The translations under genes were made by a program, and so were the position numbers. Positions 61,387 to 64,000 of a DNA stretch of 64,000 bases are shown here, one piece after another. Every line of letters starts with the position of its first letter. The stretch's first letter is position 1. The notes under the pieces are model-generated. The model saw only the letters and a program-made list of their open reading frames with translations, had not been told where the DNA came from and made no database searches. The stretch is taken from positions 47,028 through 111,027 of the forward strand of contig DKYK01000038.1 in assembly GCA_002492415.1 (NCBI GenBank), written 5' to 3'. Source of the stretch: Christensenella sp. UBA7102. GTDB taxonomy: Bacteria; Bacillota; Clostridia; Christensenellales; UBA1750.

Positions 61387-62919
61387 ATGGCCATGTGTTC
61401 ATTTGCCGATCCCTTCTCCATGTTCGACGTCACCCCCGTGGAGAATCTGTTCATCGAGGAATATATGCTCCGCGCTCCTGGCGACTTTGTCAAGGTCTAC
61501 ATCTATGGCCTGCGCCTGTGCTACCATCCCGTGCCCGGCGCCTCCCTGACCACCATCGCCAGCGCCTTGGGTCTGGAGGAAAAGACCGTGGCCGACGCCT
61601 TTGCCTACTGGGAGCGGCAGCACGTGCTGCGCCGCACGGGGGATAACCCGCCCACCTATAGCTACAACAACCTCAAGGCTTTGATGGTCAGCGGCTGCAA
61701 TACCCAGGACGAGATCCCTCAGTCCAACCGCAGCTTTAACGCCGCGCTGCAGGACCTGTTCGGCACGCGCCTGCTGCAGGCACAGGATTATGAGCGCGTC
61801 TACAACTGGATTGAGGACATGCACTTCAAACCGGAAGTGGTGCTGATGCTGGTAAAGCACTGCATCTCTACCAGCGGCAAAGGCGCCGCCGTCACCTTTG
61901 CCTCCATGGAGAAGGAGGCCGTCCGCTGGGCCAAGAAGGGCGCCACCACGCTGACCGCCGCCGAGGAGTATCTGCGCACGCTGGCCGCCAGCTATGAGGG
62001 CGCGCAAAGAGTGCTGCGTCGCTTCGGCCTGCGCCGCGCTCCTTCTGTCGACGAGGAAAAGCTCTATGCCAAGTGGACGGAGGATTGGGGCTTCTCTCTG
62101 GATGCTATCCTTTTTGCCTGTGCCGAAACCACCAAGATCTCCCAGCCAAACTTCGCCTATCTGGACAAGGTGCTGGAAAACATGCACAAAAAGCAGGCCA
62201 ACACCAGTGCGGATATTGCCCGGGTGCAAAAGACGCGCACCGACGCCATGGCTCCCGTGCGCGAGGTGCTCGAGACGCTGGGGCAGAAGGGCGCCTCCGC
62301 AACCGAGGACTTCGCCGTGCTCTATGCTGGCTGGCTGCGCATGGGCTTCTCGCATGATGCCATACTCATCGCCGCCCGCCGCATTGCCAGCAGCCGGTCG
62401 TCCAAGACCATGGACAGCGTGTCCGAGCTGCTGCAGAGCTGGGCGCGCCGGTCGCTCTACACGCCCGAGGCCATCCAGGCCTTCCTGCGCAGACGCAAGG
62501 AGAGCACCGCGCAGCTCTCCCGCATCTTTGAGGCGGCGGGCGTCGATCGCGGCATTGCCGATTCCGACCGTCAGCTGTTGGATGCCTGGCTGAGCCGCGG
62601 ACATTCCATGGATCTCATCCTCTTTGCCGCCGAGAGCGCCAAAAACGCTGGCGATGCCATGAGCTACATCAATCGCGTGCTGGATTCCTGGGCGGAGCAG
62701 GGTATCCGCACCCCACAGGCCGCCCGCGCCGAGCGCGCTCGCCGCATCCAGGGGCGCGCAGCCGCGCCGACCGCTGCTCCCGCGCAGTCCTCTTCTTCTC
62801 CAGCACCGGCCGCTCCCCGCCCCTCCAAGGAGGTGGGCGCCCATCGCTTCGGCCAGCGCGCCTATACCGACGAGGACCTGGAGTCCATCTATTCCGACCT
62901 GGACGAGCTCGACCCGTGA
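61387..62919 (+). CDS. DnaD-domain replication initiation/helicase-loading protein (Bacillus DnaB/DnaD type)
   Basis: The internal start MAMCSFADPFSMF follows AGAGGAAAG. The product has repeated DnaD-like segments and is followed by an ATPase loader gene. Confidence 0.8.
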   Translation: MAMCSFADPFSMFDVTPVENLFIEEYMLRAPGDFVKVYIYGLRLCYHPVPGASLTTIASALGLEEKTVADAFAYWERQHVLRRTGDNPPTYSYNNLKALMVSGCNTQDEIPQSNRSFNAALQDLFGTRLLQAQDYERVYNWIEDMHFKPEVVLMLVKHCISTSGKGAAVTFASMEKEAVRWAKKGATTLTAAEEYLRTLAASYEGAQRVLRRFGLRRAPSVDEEKLYAKWTEDWGFSLDAILFACAETTKISQPNFAYLDKVLENMHKKQANTSADIARVQKTRTDAMAPVREVLETLGQKGASATEDFAVLYAGWLRMGFSHDAILIAARRIASSRSSKTMDSVSELLQSWARRSLYTPEAIQAFLRRRKESTAQLSRIFEAAGVDRGIADSDRQLLDAWLSRGHSMDLILFAAESAKNAGDAMSYINRVLDSWAEQGIRTPQAARAERARRIQGRAAAPTAAPAQSSSSPAPAAPRPSKEVGAHRFGQRAYTDEDLESIYSDLDELDP

Positions 62920-62942
62920 TTGCATCATAAAGGAGAATTCCT

Positions 62943-63929
62943 ATGGACATCGTATCCCGCAAGGCCATATTGCGCCAGCTGCTGGCTGAGACGCGCGCGA
63001 ACAAGGAGCGCGCCGAGGACGAGGCCGACCGTGTGCGCATGCGCATCGCCCAGCAGGTGCCCGTCTACGCCGATCTGAGCGGAACCATCTCGCGCCTGCT
63101 GATGGACGCTTCCCGCCGCGTGCTGGACGATCCGGCCCACGCCAAAGAGCTGTCCGCGCAGGCGCAGCAGCGCGTGCTCGACCTGCAAAAGCAGTGCGAA
63201 GCGGCGCTGCGAGCCGCCGGCCACAGCCCTGAGGAACTGCAGCCCCACTATCATTGCCCTCTGTGCAAGGACACGGGCTTTGTCGGCTCGCCCATTCACG
63301 AGTACTGCTCCTGCATCCGCGTCGCGCTGATGCGCCGCCTCTACGACGCCGCCAACATCGGCGACGAGACCTTCGAGCACTTCAACCTGAACCTGTTTTC
63401 CGATGTTCCCGATCCCAAGACCGGTCGCTCCCCACGCCAGATCATGGAGACCTACCGCAATTACTGCGAGGCGTACGCCGACCGCTTCCCCAACGTCAAG
63501 CGCCGCGATCTGCTGCTGACGGGGCCCACCGGCCTGGGCAAAAGTTTCATGCTCAACTGCATCGCCGCCCGCGCGCTGGATCGGGGCATCCCCGTGCTGC
63601 ACCTGACGGCCTACAAAATGCTCGACGCAATGCGCCGCTACCATATGGGCCAGGATCTAGACGGCATGGACATGATGCTGCACGCCGACTTGCTCATCAT
63701 CGACGACTTGGGCACCGAGCCCATGCTGGAGAACATCACCATCGAATACCTCTTTACGCTGCTCAACGAGCGCCGCGCCGGGCGCCTGGCCACGCTGATT
63801 GCCACCAATCTCTCCCTGCGCGAGCTGCAGGCCCGCTACACCGAGCGCATTCTCTCCCGTCTGGTGGATCGCAGCCAAACCGAAGTGCTGCGCTTCATCG
63901 GCTCCGACCTTCGCCTGCAGGATCGCTGA
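62943..63929 (+). CDS. DnaC/DnaI-like helicase-loader ATPase
   Basis: The zinc motif is CPLCKDTGF..C.C, Walker A is GPTGLGKS and Walker B is LLIIDDLG. AAAGGAGAA precedes the ATG. Confidence 0.85.
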   Translation: MDIVSRKAILRQLLAETRANKERAEDEADRVRMRIAQQVPVYADLSGTISRLLMDASRRVLDDPAHAKELSAQAQQRVLDLQKQCEAALRAAGHSPEELQPHYHCPLCKDTGFVGSPIHEYCSCIRVALMRRLYDAANIGDETFEHFNLNLFSDVPDPKTGRSPRQIMETYRNYCEAYADRFPNVKRRDLLLTGPTGLGKSFMLNCIAARALDRGIPVLHLTAYKMLDAMRRYHMGQDLDGMDMMLHADLLIIDDLGTEPMLENITIEYLFTLLNERRAGRLATLIATNLSLRELQARYTERILSRLVDRSQTEVLRFIGSDLRLQDR

Positions 63930-64000
63930 TTTTTTGCATCAGCCGCCCTCTTGCCGCATATCCATCCTGTAAAGGAGAGATGGATCATGGGGCTTTCGGT

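Noticed and set aside
61399-62928. 509-aa ORF on the minus strand
   Set aside because: It is antisense to the DnaD-domain gene. It is a shadow ORF with a Gly/Ala/Leu-rich translation.
1-64000. Whole-window search for CRISPR arrays, tRNA/rRNA genes, transposases, integrases, reverse transcriptases and phage structural genes
   Set aside because: I saw no regularly spaced direct repeats, no cloverleaf-like or rRNA-like segments, and no translations with the corresponding motifs. Detection by eye is imperfect, so tRNAscan, Infernal and a CRISPR finder should confirm this.

Overview
This is a 64-kb chromosomal segment from a high-G+C Gram-positive anaerobe (about 60% G+C by eye). The gene content suggests Clostridia, possibly Oscillospiraceae/Ruminococcaceae-like; that placement is an inference. 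It rests on CD3324-family and CD1247-like proteins, an isopropylmalate-synthase-type Re-citrate-synthase-like gene, YqeG, a DnaD/DnaI-type loader pair, PadR-DUF2812 and LytTR-DUF3021. I call 68 protein-coding regions: one runs off the left edge and one is a sub-60-aa candidate missing from the ORF track. I also call 14 consensus-like SigA promoters, one operator-like inverted repeat, 20 hairpin terminators and a few repeats. I saw no rRNA, tRNA, CRISPR array, transposase, integrase or prophage genes. Most of the window is housekeeping or metabolic: purA, thrC, efp, prs, an aspartate aminotransferase, trmL, radC, hflKC, sugar isomerases, SDRs, four GNATs, and MATE/MFS/ABC/Na-Pi transporters. 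Many long ORFs in the track are antisense shadow ORFs, as expected in GC-rich DNA, and I rejected them. Several starts were moved to internal ATG/GTG/TTG codons that have Shine-Dalgarno support. The most unusual content, in order: (1) three tandem zinc-ribbon/CD225 (IFITM-like) membrane-protein paralogs followed by a DUF2752 protein (53.0-54.9 kb); (2) a translationally coupled pair of SelA/DgaE-like PLP-fold paralogs, one with Arg in place of the PLP lysine, plus an MFS transporter (6.4-9.9 kb); (3) a fused double-DUF1538 membrane protein with a fused double P-II-like protein (27.0-29.2 kb); (4) a small AT-rich islet with a P-loop kinase-like gene and a tiny membrane protein, bracketed by a 7-bp direct repeat (57.2-58.0 kb); (5) a 270-nt gene-free, hairpin-dense region (41.3-41.6 kb). 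All family names come from reading the translations and from memory of those families. No database search was run.
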